From positions 77,660 through 141,659 of the forward strand of contig JANRLI010000016.1 in assembly GCA_033762625.1 (NCBI GenBank): 64,000 nt of DNA, written 5' to 3'. The stretch is from Alphaproteobacteria bacterium. Its GTDB lineage: Bacteria > Pseudomonadota > Alphaproteobacteria > UBA9219 > RGZA01. The notes beneath the pieces are model-generated. The model was not told where the DNA came from. It made no database searches and saw nothing but the letters and a program-made list of their open reading frames with translations. A program made the position numbers and the translations under genes. Shown here piece by piece: positions 44,670-54,253 of this stretch. Positions within the stretch are counted from its first letter, which is position 1, and the number at the start of each line of letters is the position of its first letter.

Positions 44670-45935
44670 GTGTATTTTATACCTATGACACAAGGATTTC
44701 CTAAACATATCAGGGAACTGGCACAGCGCTGCGCAGGCCGCGTTAACGAGGTGGATGTATTCAATCATCCGGAAGGTGACACGCTTTTTACCGATGCCGC
44801 TGGCAAAACCCACGCCATCACCTTGCACACCAAAAACGTGTTATGTATCGAAGAAGCGTTTAACGAAGTCATGGCCGCATCATGGGCCAGTATTATCGGC
44901 GCGCCGCTGGCGCCTGTTATGTTCGATTACCGCAAAAGCGATGACAAACTGCGCCGCGATAAAAACGGCTATGGCAGCTTCATTACATCAGTGCAGGTTC
45001 ACAAGCACGCGCTACGCGCTGAAACCGTTCTGGAATATGCGCAGGCGCGCGAAAAAGGTAAGCCATACAAAATACATTCATATGATGGCACGATGTGGCG
45101 ATCACTGGCGCATGAAGAGGAAATTCCGCCTCTTTTGGATATGGAACGCGCCATCTTCCACCACGCCATTACGCCGATTAGCGAAGCAGTGACCATTATG
45201 GAGTGGCTGGGCAGCGGCGATTTAAATCCCAGCAACCAGATGATGGATATCCGCAAAGTCCTGCAGATGATACGCGATGATACCTTCAACCCGTACAACA
45301 ATCTTGGATTTTATATCTGTGATTTTGCCAATGGTGTCATGGATGTCGAGGATGTGCGAAAAGGAATTCCATCGCATATCGACCCGTGCATGCCGTCCTA
45401 TGCACTTATCAGCGTTGTTGAAACCTATCCCAGCTTGAAGGCCGCCGAACGAAAACTGGTGCGCATCACGGGTAAAAAGGATTGGTCAGACATTAATGAA
45501 GATTATCCCGAAACGCTCTTATCCCATGTCTTTGCTCCGCATCTTGATTTCAAGGCCATGCATAAAATCATGGCGCATATCGGGGCACTCGATGATGCAA
45601 CCATCCGCGCGGAAATGACGCGACTTGCAGATACGATGGCAAAGGTTATTACCGATGAAGATGTTGTGGGGCGCCTGAAAGCCTATGCAAGGTACATGGC
45701 GGATGCGCTTATCCTGCGCCGCGATATTCTGCCGCAAATCCTTGAGAGCCAGCTGGTGCATGAAGAGGCGCCGCATGCGCGCACCAATAACCCCTTTGAA
45801 GTCTTTCAGGATTTAGTGGGCGAAGAAGCGGCACGTCTGCGCGAAGAAAAGCGCATGAAGAACATACCCAAAGCCAAGCGCCCAAAACCCGCACAAAAGC
45901 CCAAGCCAAAACAAGGCCGCCGCAATGAAACGTAA
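44670..45935 (+). CDS. Hypothetical protein (421 aa) with C-terminal Lys/Pro-rich basic tail resembling a nuclear localisation signal
   Basis: No recognisable domain; tail KRMKNIPKAKRPKPAQKPKPKQGRRNET. Confidence 0.45.
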   Translation: MYFIPMTQGFPKHIRELAQRCAGRVNEVDVFNHPEGDTLFTDAAGKTHAITLHTKNVLCIEEAFNEVMAASWASIIGAPLAPVMFDYRKSDDKLRRDKNGYGSFITSVQVHKHALRAETVLEYAQAREKGKPYKIHSYDGTMWRSLAHEEEIPPLLDMERAIFHHAITPISEAVTIMEWLGSGDLNPSNQMMDIRKVLQMIRDDTFNPYNNLGFYICDFANGVMDVEDVRKGIPSHIDPCMPSYALISVVETYPSLKAAERKLVRITGKKDWSDINEDYPETLLSHVFAPHLDFKAMHKIMAHIGALDDATIRAEMTRLADTMAKVITDEDVVGRLKAYARYMADALILRRDILPQILESQLVHEEAPHARTNNPFEVFQDLVGEEAARLREEKRMKNIPKAKRPKPAQKPKPKQGRRNET

Positions 45936-45970
45936 TGTGCGATTTAAAGTTGTGCCTAGGCTCGAGAGGC

Positions 45971-47407
45971 TTAGAATGCCACCAGCGTTGCGGGAATTTC
46001 CGCTGTTTCATCGCCTGACTGTGAGGCAGCATCGTCCTGCCAGAAGCCCGGTGTCTGTAACATCGGCATATCGCGCACCACAACGGGTTTGGCGTCTGCG
46101 CCAAATCCATTGAAGCCCGATTGCAGCGCGGCGGCATACCCACCGGTCTGACCGAATTCCAGATAATCGCCTTCTTCAATATCCGCAGGCAGAACCAATT
46201 GCGTTTTCAGCACATCAATGCTGTCGCAGGTTGGGCCAAACACGGTGAAGCGTGCGGTCTTGTGGCTGAGCGACCCATTGGCGCTTTCAGCGGTGCGGTG
46301 GACGCGAACCGGATAGGCCAGTTTGCTATAACCGGCATCGAACAACGCGCCATAGAACCCGTCATTGATGTACAACCGATTACCCTTGCGCAGCTCAACC
46401 TTCACCAGCAATGAACCGGATTCTTGAACCAGCGCGCGGCCGGGTTCGCACCATAATTTGGTCTTCTTGGGAAGGTTCAGGCTTTCAAACGCTTCTTTAA
46501 TGCTGTGCATATAGCCGTGCATATCTGGCGGCACAAGGCCGGGGAATGCCACAGGGAAGCCGCCGCCCACATCGATGATGTCGGGGTTTACTTTTGCCAT
46601 GCGGATCACTTCACCCACTTGCGCCATGGCTGCAGCATACGCTTTGCTATGCATGGTTTGCTGGCCGACATGGAATGCGATGCCCAAACGCTGCGAAACC
46701 TTGCGCGCCTGCTGCAATAATTCTGCGGCTAAACGATTATCCGCGCCGAACTTGCCATCAAGGCTGTGAAAGGCATGGCCGTTCGACACAGCAAGACGCA
46801 CCACAATACCCAGATCCTTGGCGCCTTGTGTTTCTTCTAAAAGCTTGAACAATTCCTGCGCGCTATCCACCACGAAATCGCGCACACCGTAATTGAAATA
46901 CGATTTGCGGATCGCCTCGCGCGATTTGACGGGATGCATGAAGTGCAGCTTCGCTTTCGGGCATAGGCTGGCAACCAGCTCCACTTCCGCCAAGCTTGCA
47001 ACGTCAAAATGGCGAATGCCCGATGCCCACAATTCTTTGATGACCGCAGGGGATGGGTTGGCTTTTACCGCATATAAAACGGTACCTGGGAAATTGCGGA
47101 TAAACCATTGTGCCGCGCCGCGCAGAACATGCGTGCGCAAAAAGTGCACAGGGTTCGATGGGCGGGTTTCTGCAATATAATGCGCAGCATCGCTGTAAAC
47201 CTGCGGGCGGTTTGCCGAAGGGCGTGCTTTAAGCGCAAGGTTTTTGGATGCACTGCGTGGACGCGCGTGGTGGCTTACCGCCTGCGCGCTGTCTTGGGTT
47301 TCGAGATCTGAAAGTGCATACGCGTTTTGAGCCGGGCCCGAAGACCCCGGAGGTTCTTGTACTTCTTCAATCAATGACGGGGTGTTCTTGCCCATACATC
47401 TCTCCAT
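45971..47407 (-). CDS. Type III PLP-dependent decarboxylase (Orn/DAP/Arg decarboxylase family 2), likely ornithine decarboxylase, with ~90 aa low-complexity N-terminal extension
   Basis: YAVKANPSPAVIKELWASGIRHFDVASLAEVE (PLP-Lys region), GGGFPV, CDSID; true start may be internal. Confidence 0.7.
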   Translation of the reverse strand: MERCMGKNTPSLIEEVQEPPGSSGPAQNAYALSDLETQDSAQAVSHHARPRSASKNLALKARPSANRPQVYSDAAHYIAETRPSNPVHFLRTHVLRGAAQWFIRNFPGTVLYAVKANPSPAVIKELWASGIRHFDVASLAEVELVASLCPKAKLHFMHPVKSREAIRKSYFNYGVRDFVVDSAQELFKLLEETQGAKDLGIVVRLAVSNGHAFHSLDGKFGADNRLAAELLQQARKVSQRLGIAFHVGQQTMHSKAYAAAMAQVGEVIRMAKVNPDIIDVGGGFPVAFPGLVPPDMHGYMHSIKEAFESLNLPKKTKLWCEPGRALVQESGSLLVKVELRKGNRLYINDGFYGALFDAGYSKLAYPVRVHRTAESANGSLSHKTARFTVFGPTCDSIDVLKTQLVLPADIEEGDYLEFGQTGGYAAALQSGFNGFGADAKPVVVRDMPMLQTPGFWQDDAASQSGDETAEIPATLVAF

Positions 47408-47810
47408 TAATCAGATATCTGGGATAAGGCTCCAGACCACCAACCAACAATGAGACGCGTCGTTACATAAACACCGATGGGCCAGGGGTTCGTGCGCGTT
47501 CACGTGACATGTATCACGATGATGGAAAGATTCAATAAGTTTTTTAGTTTGCAGCCCAAAAACTGTGGGAAATTTCCAGCAGTGTTGCGTTGCTGATACT
47601 AAGCGACGCTGCGAATCTTAACGCTGCGCTTACGCAAGCATGCGCGCCGCGCGCCGAAGTACGCGCGCGCACAAAAACAAAAAATGCAGATTCATTGGCA
47701 TTTGCGTAATTTTTTTGTTGGCCAGCCCGCGCAAAGCAACGCAAAACTGCCGCGCATAAATCTTAAAATCGCCGGCAGCCGTTAAGCATCCGGCAAACGA
47801 CGGCGAAAAA

Positions 47811-47848
47811 GAAAAAACCCGCCTCAGCAGGAGCCAAGGCGGGTTTTG
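47811..47848. terminator. Bidirectional rho-independent terminator downstream of maeB
   Basis: aaaaaa-CCCGCC-tcagcaggagccaa-GGCGGG-tttt. Confidence 0.6.
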
Positions 47849-47868
47849 AAACGTCAAACCGTTAAGGG

Positions 47869-50223
47869 TTAGGCAGCTTTACCGCCTTTGACCACTGTTG
47901 GCTTCGCCTTCTTGTCGGCTTCGGCATTGCCAATCGCTTCATGGGCAGCAAGCGCCGCCATGGTCACGATTTCCGACACGGTTGCGCCCATGCCCACGAT
48001 TTGTGCGGGGCGCTTCAGGCCTTGCAGCAATGGGCCAATCATATTGCCATCGCGGCTATTGACCATTTTCTGCATCAGCTTGGTTGCGATATTGGCAGCT
48101 TGCAAGCTTGGCATAATCAGCACGTTCGCAGGGCCAGTTAAACGGCAGAACGGATAGAGGCGCTTCATCAAATCATGATCCAGCGCAACGTCCGGTGCCA
48201 TTTCACCTTCATACTCAAAGCTCACTTCATGGTCATCCAGTTTGGCCACAACTTCACGCATGAAGTTGGCGCGTTCATCATTCATCTGCTGACCAAAGGT
48301 CGAATAGGAAATGAGCGCCACGCGTGGCTGATGGCCCATTTGTTCCGCGAACTCTGCTGCGCGGATTGCAATTTCCGCATGACGGTCAGGATTGGTGGAT
48401 GGGTTCACGGCAGTGTCCGCGAGGAAAATGGTGCGGCCAGCCGAAATGCTCATCGACAAACCGAATGCGCTGTATTGCGTGCGCGCATCAATCGCCTTGC
48501 GGATATCTTCATAGCACACATTAAAGTTACGCGACAAACCGGTCACCATGGCATCGGCTTCACCGTGGGCAACCATGCAGGCTGCGAACACGTTGCGTTG
48601 CTGGTTCACCATGCGCTGGCAATCGCGTTCCAGCAAGCCGCGGCGCTGCAAGCGCTTGAACAGATATTCGGTGAACCGCTTATTGTGCTGCGATACACGG
48701 GAATTGTGAATCTCAATTCCCTTCATATCGGCAAGGCCAAGCATGCCGATTTTTTCTTTCACCACTTCTTCACGCGCAATCAAAATCGGCGTGCCGTAAC
48801 CGGCATCGCGGAATGAAATCGCTGCGCGGATCATGCGTTCTTCTTCACCTTCGGCAAAGACAACACGCTGCGGATTATTGCGAACTCTTGTAAAGATGAG
48901 CTCCATGGTATCCGCTGTGGGGTCAAGGCGGGCGCGCAATGCCGAACGGAATGCTTTTTCATCGGTAATGGGTTTACGGGCAACGCCGCTTTCCACCGCT
49001 GCCTTGGCAACTGCGGTTGGAATTTCCACAATCAAACGCGGATCGAAGGGCACAGGAATGATATAGTCAGGGCCATAACGCAGACGGCGACCATAGGCTG
49101 CATCCACTTCATCGGGCACGTCTTCACGGGCGAGTGCCGCAAGTGCTTTTGCCGCTGCAATCTTCATTTGATCATTGATGGTGCGCGCACGAACATCCAA
49201 TGCGCCGCGGAAGATATAAGGGAAGCCCAAGACGTTATTAATCTGGTTCGGGTAATCCGAACGGCCAGTAGCGATGATCGCATCGGGGCGAACTTCACGT
49301 GCCAGCTCAGGGCGGATTTCAGGGTTGGGGTTGGCCATCGCGAAAATCGCGGGGTTCTTGGCCATCGCCTTGACCATTTCCGGTGTCACGCAATTCGCAA
49401 CCGATAACCCCCAGAATACGTCAGCGCCGCGCAACGCATCAGCCAAGGTTCTGTCCTTGGTATTTGCAGCATGGGCCGATTTCCACTGGTTCATATCTTC
49501 GGTGCGGCCTTTGTAAATCACGCCTTTGGTATCGCACATAATCACGTTGTCATGCGGCAAGCCCATGGTCTTGATCAGCTCAACGCAGGCAATCGCCGCC
49601 GCGCCCGCACCGTTGACAACCAGCTTAATGTCTTTGATGTTTTTACCGGTGATATCCAGCGCGCTCACCAAACCCGCTGCTGAAATAATCGCCGTGCCAT
49701 GTTGGTCATCGTGGAATACGGGAATGTCCATCAGCTCGCGCAAACGCTGCTCGATCATGAAGCATTCGGGCGATTTGATATCTTCCAGATTGATACCGCC
49801 AAAAGATGGACCAAGGTATTTTACTGCATTGATAAATTCTTCGGGATCTTCGGTGTTGATTTCCAAATCGATACTGTCCACATCGGCAAAGCGTTTGAAC
49901 AATACGCTTTTGCCTTCCATCACAGGCTTACTCGCCAGCGCGCCAAGGTTACCCAGACCCAGAACAGCCGTACCATTCGAAATAACCGCAACCATGTTGC
50001 CCCGCGCCGTATAGTCATAGGCCTTATCGGGATTCTTGTGAATTTCAAGGCACGGCGCCGCGACACCCGGCGAATAGGCCAGCGACAAATCGCGCTGGGT
50101 TTTCATTGGCTTGGTTGGCACGATTTCCAGTTTTCCCGGACGGCCCGACGCGTGCATGATGAGCGCTTCTTCATCAAGGCTGTGGTTGGACTGTTCGGGG
50201 TTGATGTCGTTGTTCTTAGCCAT
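47869..50223 (-). CDS. maeB: NADP-dependent malic enzyme MaeB (malic enzyme domain + C-terminal phosphotransacetylase-like domain)
   Basis: 784 aa; LAYSPGVAAPCLEI, NGAGAAAIACVEL Rossmann, C-terminal PTA-like domain GLSRNFNV... Confidence 0.9.
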   Translation of the reverse strand: MAKNNDINPEQSNHSLDEEALIMHASGRPGKLEIVPTKPMKTQRDLSLAYSPGVAAPCLEIHKNPDKAYDYTARGNMVAVISNGTAVLGLGNLGALASKPVMEGKSVLFKRFADVDSIDLEINTEDPEEFINAVKYLGPSFGGINLEDIKSPECFMIEQRLRELMDIPVFHDDQHGTAIISAAGLVSALDITGKNIKDIKLVVNGAGAAAIACVELIKTMGLPHDNVIMCDTKGVIYKGRTEDMNQWKSAHAANTKDRTLADALRGADVFWGLSVANCVTPEMVKAMAKNPAIFAMANPNPEIRPELAREVRPDAIIATGRSDYPNQINNVLGFPYIFRGALDVRARTINDQMKIAAAKALAALAREDVPDEVDAAYGRRLRYGPDYIIPVPFDPRLIVEIPTAVAKAAVESGVARKPITDEKAFRSALRARLDPTADTMELIFTRVRNNPQRVVFAEGEEERMIRAAISFRDAGYGTPILIAREEVVKEKIGMLGLADMKGIEIHNSRVSQHNKRFTEYLFKRLQRRGLLERDCQRMVNQQRNVFAACMVAHGEADAMVTGLSRNFNVCYEDIRKAIDARTQYSAFGLSMSISAGRTIFLADTAVNPSTNPDRHAEIAIRAAEFAEQMGHQPRVALISYSTFGQQMNDERANFMREVVAKLDDHEVSFEYEGEMAPDVALDHDLMKRLYPFCRLTGPANVLIMPSLQAANIATKLMQKMVNSRDGNMIGPLLQGLKRPAQIVGMGATVSEIVTMAALAAHEAIGNAEADKKAKPTVVKGGKAA

Positions 50224-50395
50224 GGGTTTTTCCTACTAATTTGGGGTGATATGTTTTCCACGATTAGCGCACGGAATCCAAGTGTTTTATTAGGATTACG
50301 GCGAAATTATTTCTTGCGGTGCAATAAGCATGCAGCCCTATTGGGTTATTTCAGCCATACGAAAACAGAAGTGACCATGATTGCGCCCTTAAAAC

Positions 50396-51952
50396 CTATG
50401 CGGCGAGTTTTAAAATGCTGCGCAAATGTGCTTCCACGCGCGGGCGTAAATCCGGCGCTGGCGGCGTTGCAGTATCATTTAATGTCTTGAGCGATGCATC
50501 TTCGGTTGATGTTTTAAGCCACCATGCCCATTCGCGGATGTTTTGCGCAAGCCAGTTTGAATTGCTCATGATGTCAATCTTGTGCAGCTTATGCATCTCC
50601 GGCGTCAAATCGGCAACCGTATCAAGTCCGATGAGCGCATCCAGCGCGCCCGATGTTTCCAGCTTGGCGATATTCAGCATCTTGGTATCGGGGTTCACCG
50701 CCGATACCACATGGGTCACAAAGCCGATAACCGTTTTTACGCCTGCGACCTTGGCTGCTTCGGCTGCGCCCTTGAATGTGCCACCGCTATCAGTCATGTC
50801 ATCGACAAAGAACATGATTTTACCGGGCAAGATATCCTTATGGCTGATATCTTTTACTTCGCTGGTGCCATTTGGGTCACGGCGCTTATCCACGGTTGGA
50901 ATATCCGGGCTGATATCAATGCCGTAATTTTCTTTAAGTTGCCGGCGCAATTGTGTGGCACGGCCAATCGCACCTCTGTCCACTGCGCCAATCAGAATAT
51001 CCGCAGGATTGACCTTATTATCCTTCACCAGTTTGGCGATTTTCGCCGCGATCAACGCGGTTGAATAAATCGGGTCCACATGGGTTTCACGGCCCAATCC
51101 TTGAATGGCGGCTTGGTGTAAATCCTGCGTTAAAATGCAATTCGGGCGAAAGACGTTTAATAATTTGCCGATCAACGCCGCCGAAATCGGCACGCGGCGG
51201 TTATCGGTGCGTTCCTGACGCGCATAATGCCAAAGCGGCAATACCACATTGATAAAGGCTGCGCCGCGCTGGCGTAAATTGTAAATCATCGCGGCTGTTT
51301 CCAGCACCGCTTGGTTCGGGTTACCTGCGCTGGATGCCAGCGCAATCACGTTTGTGCCAGCAAGACTGCTCTTGCGGCGCCAATCCACCACCTGCATACC
51401 ATCCAGCTCGGCAGAAATTTCGCCTGCCAGCTTTTTGGCGGAATGACCACGCGCAATCACGTTGCGCTCCCCTGGCTCCAATGGAATTTTTGGAAATTTG
51501 ATACGCTCGAAATTTACTTTTTGTCCTTTATGATCACGAATGGTTGTCACTTCATGGAACATCTTGATGAAGAACGCAAACATCGCTTCGGTAATCGGGC
51601 TATCCTTGATAGCCTTGCTATTGAATTTGATCAGTTCATCCGGCAGGAATACGGCGATTTTCTTTGCGCCATGGCGGTGCAGCGCATCAAGGGTGATCAG
51701 CGTTTCCATCATGTCATCATAGATATTGCCGCTGTTGGGCGCGAAATAGGTGATGTCACGGCCACGGATGTTCTGTTTGATTTCCAGCTTGATCTCGCCG
51801 TTGGAGAATTTGCCAACATCACGATGTTCTATCAGCTCAAGGCGGTGGCTGGCCGCAAACGCTCTGCCAACTTCTTCTACACCTTTTGAACCGAAAAATA
51901 CCGCTGCGGCGCGAAATTCGGAAACGATATCGCTTGAACTAATATCACTCAT
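50396..51952 (-). CDS. prs: Ribose-phosphate pyrophosphokinase (PRPP synthetase) family protein, atypical long form (518 aa) with internal insertion and C-terminal extension
   Basis: KFSNGEIKLEI..RGRD (cf. RFSDGEV.V.I.E.VRG.D), YARQER, PRTase motif FFVDDMTDSGGTF; ~200 aa beyond canonical 315 aa Prs. Confidence 0.6.
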   Translation of the reverse strand: MSDISSSDIVSEFRAAAVFFGSKGVEEVGRAFAASHRLELIEHRDVGKFSNGEIKLEIKQNIRGRDITYFAPNSGNIYDDMMETLITLDALHRHGAKKIAVFLPDELIKFNSKAIKDSPITEAMFAFFIKMFHEVTTIRDHKGQKVNFERIKFPKIPLEPGERNVIARGHSAKKLAGEISAELDGMQVVDWRRKSSLAGTNVIALASSAGNPNQAVLETAAMIYNLRQRGAAFINVVLPLWHYARQERTDNRRVPISAALIGKLLNVFRPNCILTQDLHQAAIQGLGRETHVDPIYSTALIAAKIAKLVKDNKVNPADILIGAVDRGAIGRATQLRRQLKENYGIDISPDIPTVDKRRDPNGTSEVKDISHKDILPGKIMFFVDDMTDSGGTFKGAAEAAKVAGVKTVIGFVTHVVSAVNPDTKMLNIAKLETSGALDALIGLDTVADLTPEMHKLHKIDIMSNSNWLAQNIREWAWWLKTSTEDASLKTLNDTATPPAPDLRPRVEAHLRSILKLAA

Positions 51953-52085
51953 CCTAATGACCTGAAAACCTTGCTTTAATTCTTAAAAAATGTGCTCTGT
52001 TCTAACATGCGGCGCTTGAAAGCAAAATGCCTTTATCGCCACGATTTCACGGCATTTACAGCATTAACCATACTTTTAAATACCC

Positions 52086-53015
52086 CTATTGCGGTTGTGG
52101 GCGCAGACCCTTTATGCCAACTGCCAACCCATCCAATCCCATCATACGCGAAATTTCAAGCCCGCTATGATCCTGCTTGGTGTCAAAGATAAACAATTTC
52201 GCCGGCGATTTATCATAGGATACCGCCGTTGATAGCCCTTGCTTTGCTGCCTTATCTTCCAGTTCCCCGACATTAATTCCACCCGTCACGCCAAGTGCGA
52301 TGAAGCGCGAAAAAATCTGCATGGCATCGTGGCGGTTTTTCAACGCTTCCTTGAAGCGGTCATTGAATAAATTGTCATTCTGATAGGTGTGTTGTAATGC
52401 CATCAGCATTTCAGTTCTAACCGAAAACCCGTCTGGCGAATGATCACGTATTGCTCCTGTATCAACAATCACAACCTTGCCCTTATGAACACCCACATTA
52501 TCCGCGCGCACTTCTTCCCAGTAATACCGGCCTTGCGCATATAAAATAAGCCCCGCCAATACAGCGTTTTCAATAGGGTCATGCACATAATCAAATTCAG
52601 GCTCGCCGACAATTGCAGCGCGCGGCAGCATTTCATACACACCGCCAATGCGGGCATCGATATTCCCGCTTGCTTCGACAGGTAGGAATAATGGATTATT
52701 TTTTACGTCATCCACAGTGACCATGTAGTGCTCAATATCCATGAAGCTGAGCCGCACCACTTTTGCCGGATGGTCATCGCCAACTTTATCGCCGCGCACA
52801 ACCAATGTGTAGTTACCGGCACCCTGCCGTCCCCAATTGGTCAGGCCCAGATGCGCCAGTGATTGTTCAAGAATGGTGATCGGGTGACGTTCATCGCCAT
52901 CGGGGATGCCGGTAATTTCCGCTGCTGCCATTTTCGCATTCAGATGCGAAACATATTGGCACAGCGTATAATTCATATTGGAATGTATGTTTTTGAAAAT
53001 ATCTGCAAACGCCAT
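52086..53015 (-). CDS. Hypothetical protein (309 aa), no signal peptide
   Basis: Long ORF with coding-like composition; no recognisable motif. Confidence 0.4.
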   Translation of the reverse strand: MAFADIFKNIHSNMNYTLCQYVSHLNAKMAAAEITGIPDGDERHPITILEQSLAHLGLTNWGRQGAGNYTLVVRGDKVGDDHPAKVVRLSFMDIEHYMVTVDDVKNNPLFLPVEASGNIDARIGGVYEMLPRAAIVGEPEFDYVHDPIENAVLAGLILYAQGRYYWEEVRADNVGVHKGKVVIVDTGAIRDHSPDGFSVRTEMLMALQHTYQNDNLFNDRFKEALKNRHDAMQIFSRFIALGVTGGINVGELEDKAAKQGLSTAVSYDKSPAKLFIFDTKQDHSGLEISRMMGLDGLAVGIKGLRPQPQ

Positions 53016-53108
53016 TCACTAACCCTTGAAATACCGGGTTATTTTAACATGCTTTCGTGAAACTAAAGCCGATTGGAAGCTGGCTTATTAACCATAGAAC
53101 CGCCACAG

Positions 53109-54203
53109 CTACTGCATCGTATTCGCTTTGGGGTTCGTTTTATTGGGCGGCTTTGCGCTGGCTGCTGCTGCATCGGGCGCTGGCGCGGCGGCGGGCGCGG
53201 CATCGGCGGCAGGTTCGGTTGGGGTTACTTCCGCCGCGGGTTCATTTATTTTTTGCCCTTCGCAGCTATCCTTGATCAAGCTGCGGGTCGTGGTTCCTTT
53301 GGGGCACATGGTCTTTTCATACATAATCACATCGCCGGCAGTGCCTGCGGGGTAGCCCATCATCTCGCACGGATAGGCGCGGTTGTTTTCATATGGCACA
53401 CAAAAATTCTGCAAGGTCACGGGTGTCCATTGCTCATGCGTGCAATTCACCGTGAAGCTGACATACAGCACATCGCCATTGCTGGCGGGGTTTTCATCGC
53501 CTTCGGCCACGGGCGTTGGGGTTGCGGCGGTGGGTTCATCGTTCGAACACATCCAGCGCGCAGAAAAATCCTTGATGCCGTCAACCGTAAAAGCTGTGTT
53601 GTCATCATCGCGGGAAATCGGCAAGCTTAAGGGCGCGCCATTGCTGCTCAGCATCGCATCGCCGCCGCCAATTTTCATTTTCTCATCAATAATCTGTTCG
53701 GCGGGGTTGGCGCCTTGGCCAAGGCTGGCGGTTGAAACCACTTGCTGCAACGTCCATCTGCCTACGCAGGGCGATGTGGGTTCCGGAATATCACGAACGG
53801 TCAGCGTGCGCGGCACACAGCATCCCGCAACCTTCATAATCCCCGGCACCAGCTTGTTAAAGGTAAGCCATTCATCTTCGGTGCCAAACGGCACCAGCAC
53901 ATCTTGCGAAGGCGAACGGTTATCGACATAACGGCAAACATTGTGCACCCAAATCGGTTGCTTGCTTTTAATCGTGCCGCGATCAATTCGGGCAATCATG
54001 AAGCCCTTCATCAGCAGCGCATTATTTTCCGGCGCGGCATCGCAGGATTGAAAGGTCTGCCCATCCACCGCCTTGGTTTTATCAACGATGCAAATTCGGG
54101 TATTCAGCGGCGGGCCGGGCTGCACAGCAAATTGCGGGTCTTGCGCCAAAGCGGGAGACACACCAAACAGCAAGGTCAGGAAAAAAATACCGGTAAACCG
54201 CAT
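53109..54203 (-). CDS. Secreted hypothetical protein (364 aa) with Ala/Pro-rich C-terminal tail
   Basis: Signal peptide MRFTGIFFLTLLFGVSPALA; multiple Cys; tail AAEVTPTEPAADAAPAAAPAPDAAAASAKPP. Confidence 0.5.
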   Translation of the reverse strand: MRFTGIFFLTLLFGVSPALAQDPQFAVQPGPPLNTRICIVDKTKAVDGQTFQSCDAAPENNALLMKGFMIARIDRGTIKSKQPIWVHNVCRYVDNRSPSQDVLVPFGTEDEWLTFNKLVPGIMKVAGCCVPRTLTVRDIPEPTSPCVGRWTLQQVVSTASLGQGANPAEQIIDEKMKIGGGDAMLSSNGAPLSLPISRDDDNTAFTVDGIKDFSARWMCSNDEPTAATPTPVAEGDENPASNGDVLYVSFTVNCTHEQWTPVTLQNFCVPYENNRAYPCEMMGYPAGTAGDVIMYEKTMCPKGTTTRSLIKDSCEGQKINEPAAEVTPTEPAADAAPAAAPAPDAAAASAKPPNKTNPKANTMQ

Positions 54204-54253
54204 AAGCTCACAAAGCAGGAGTGAAAGATTAGCCCAAAGACTAACCTACTCAC

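Noticed and set aside
47408-47868. 460 bp intergenic region with alternating GC tract gcgcgccgcgcgccgaagtacgcgcgcgcac considered as a structured RNA or Z-DNA element
   Set aside because: No convincing conserved hairpin architecture or repeat copy. Most likely promoter/leader of the decarboxylase gene plus the maeB terminator.
48175-49683. Long plus-strand ORFs (213, 162, 263 aa) inside maeB, and similar ones inside prs, the hybrid kinase and PEPC-like genes
   Set aside because: All are antisense to strongly supported conserved coding sequences and have no family resemblance.
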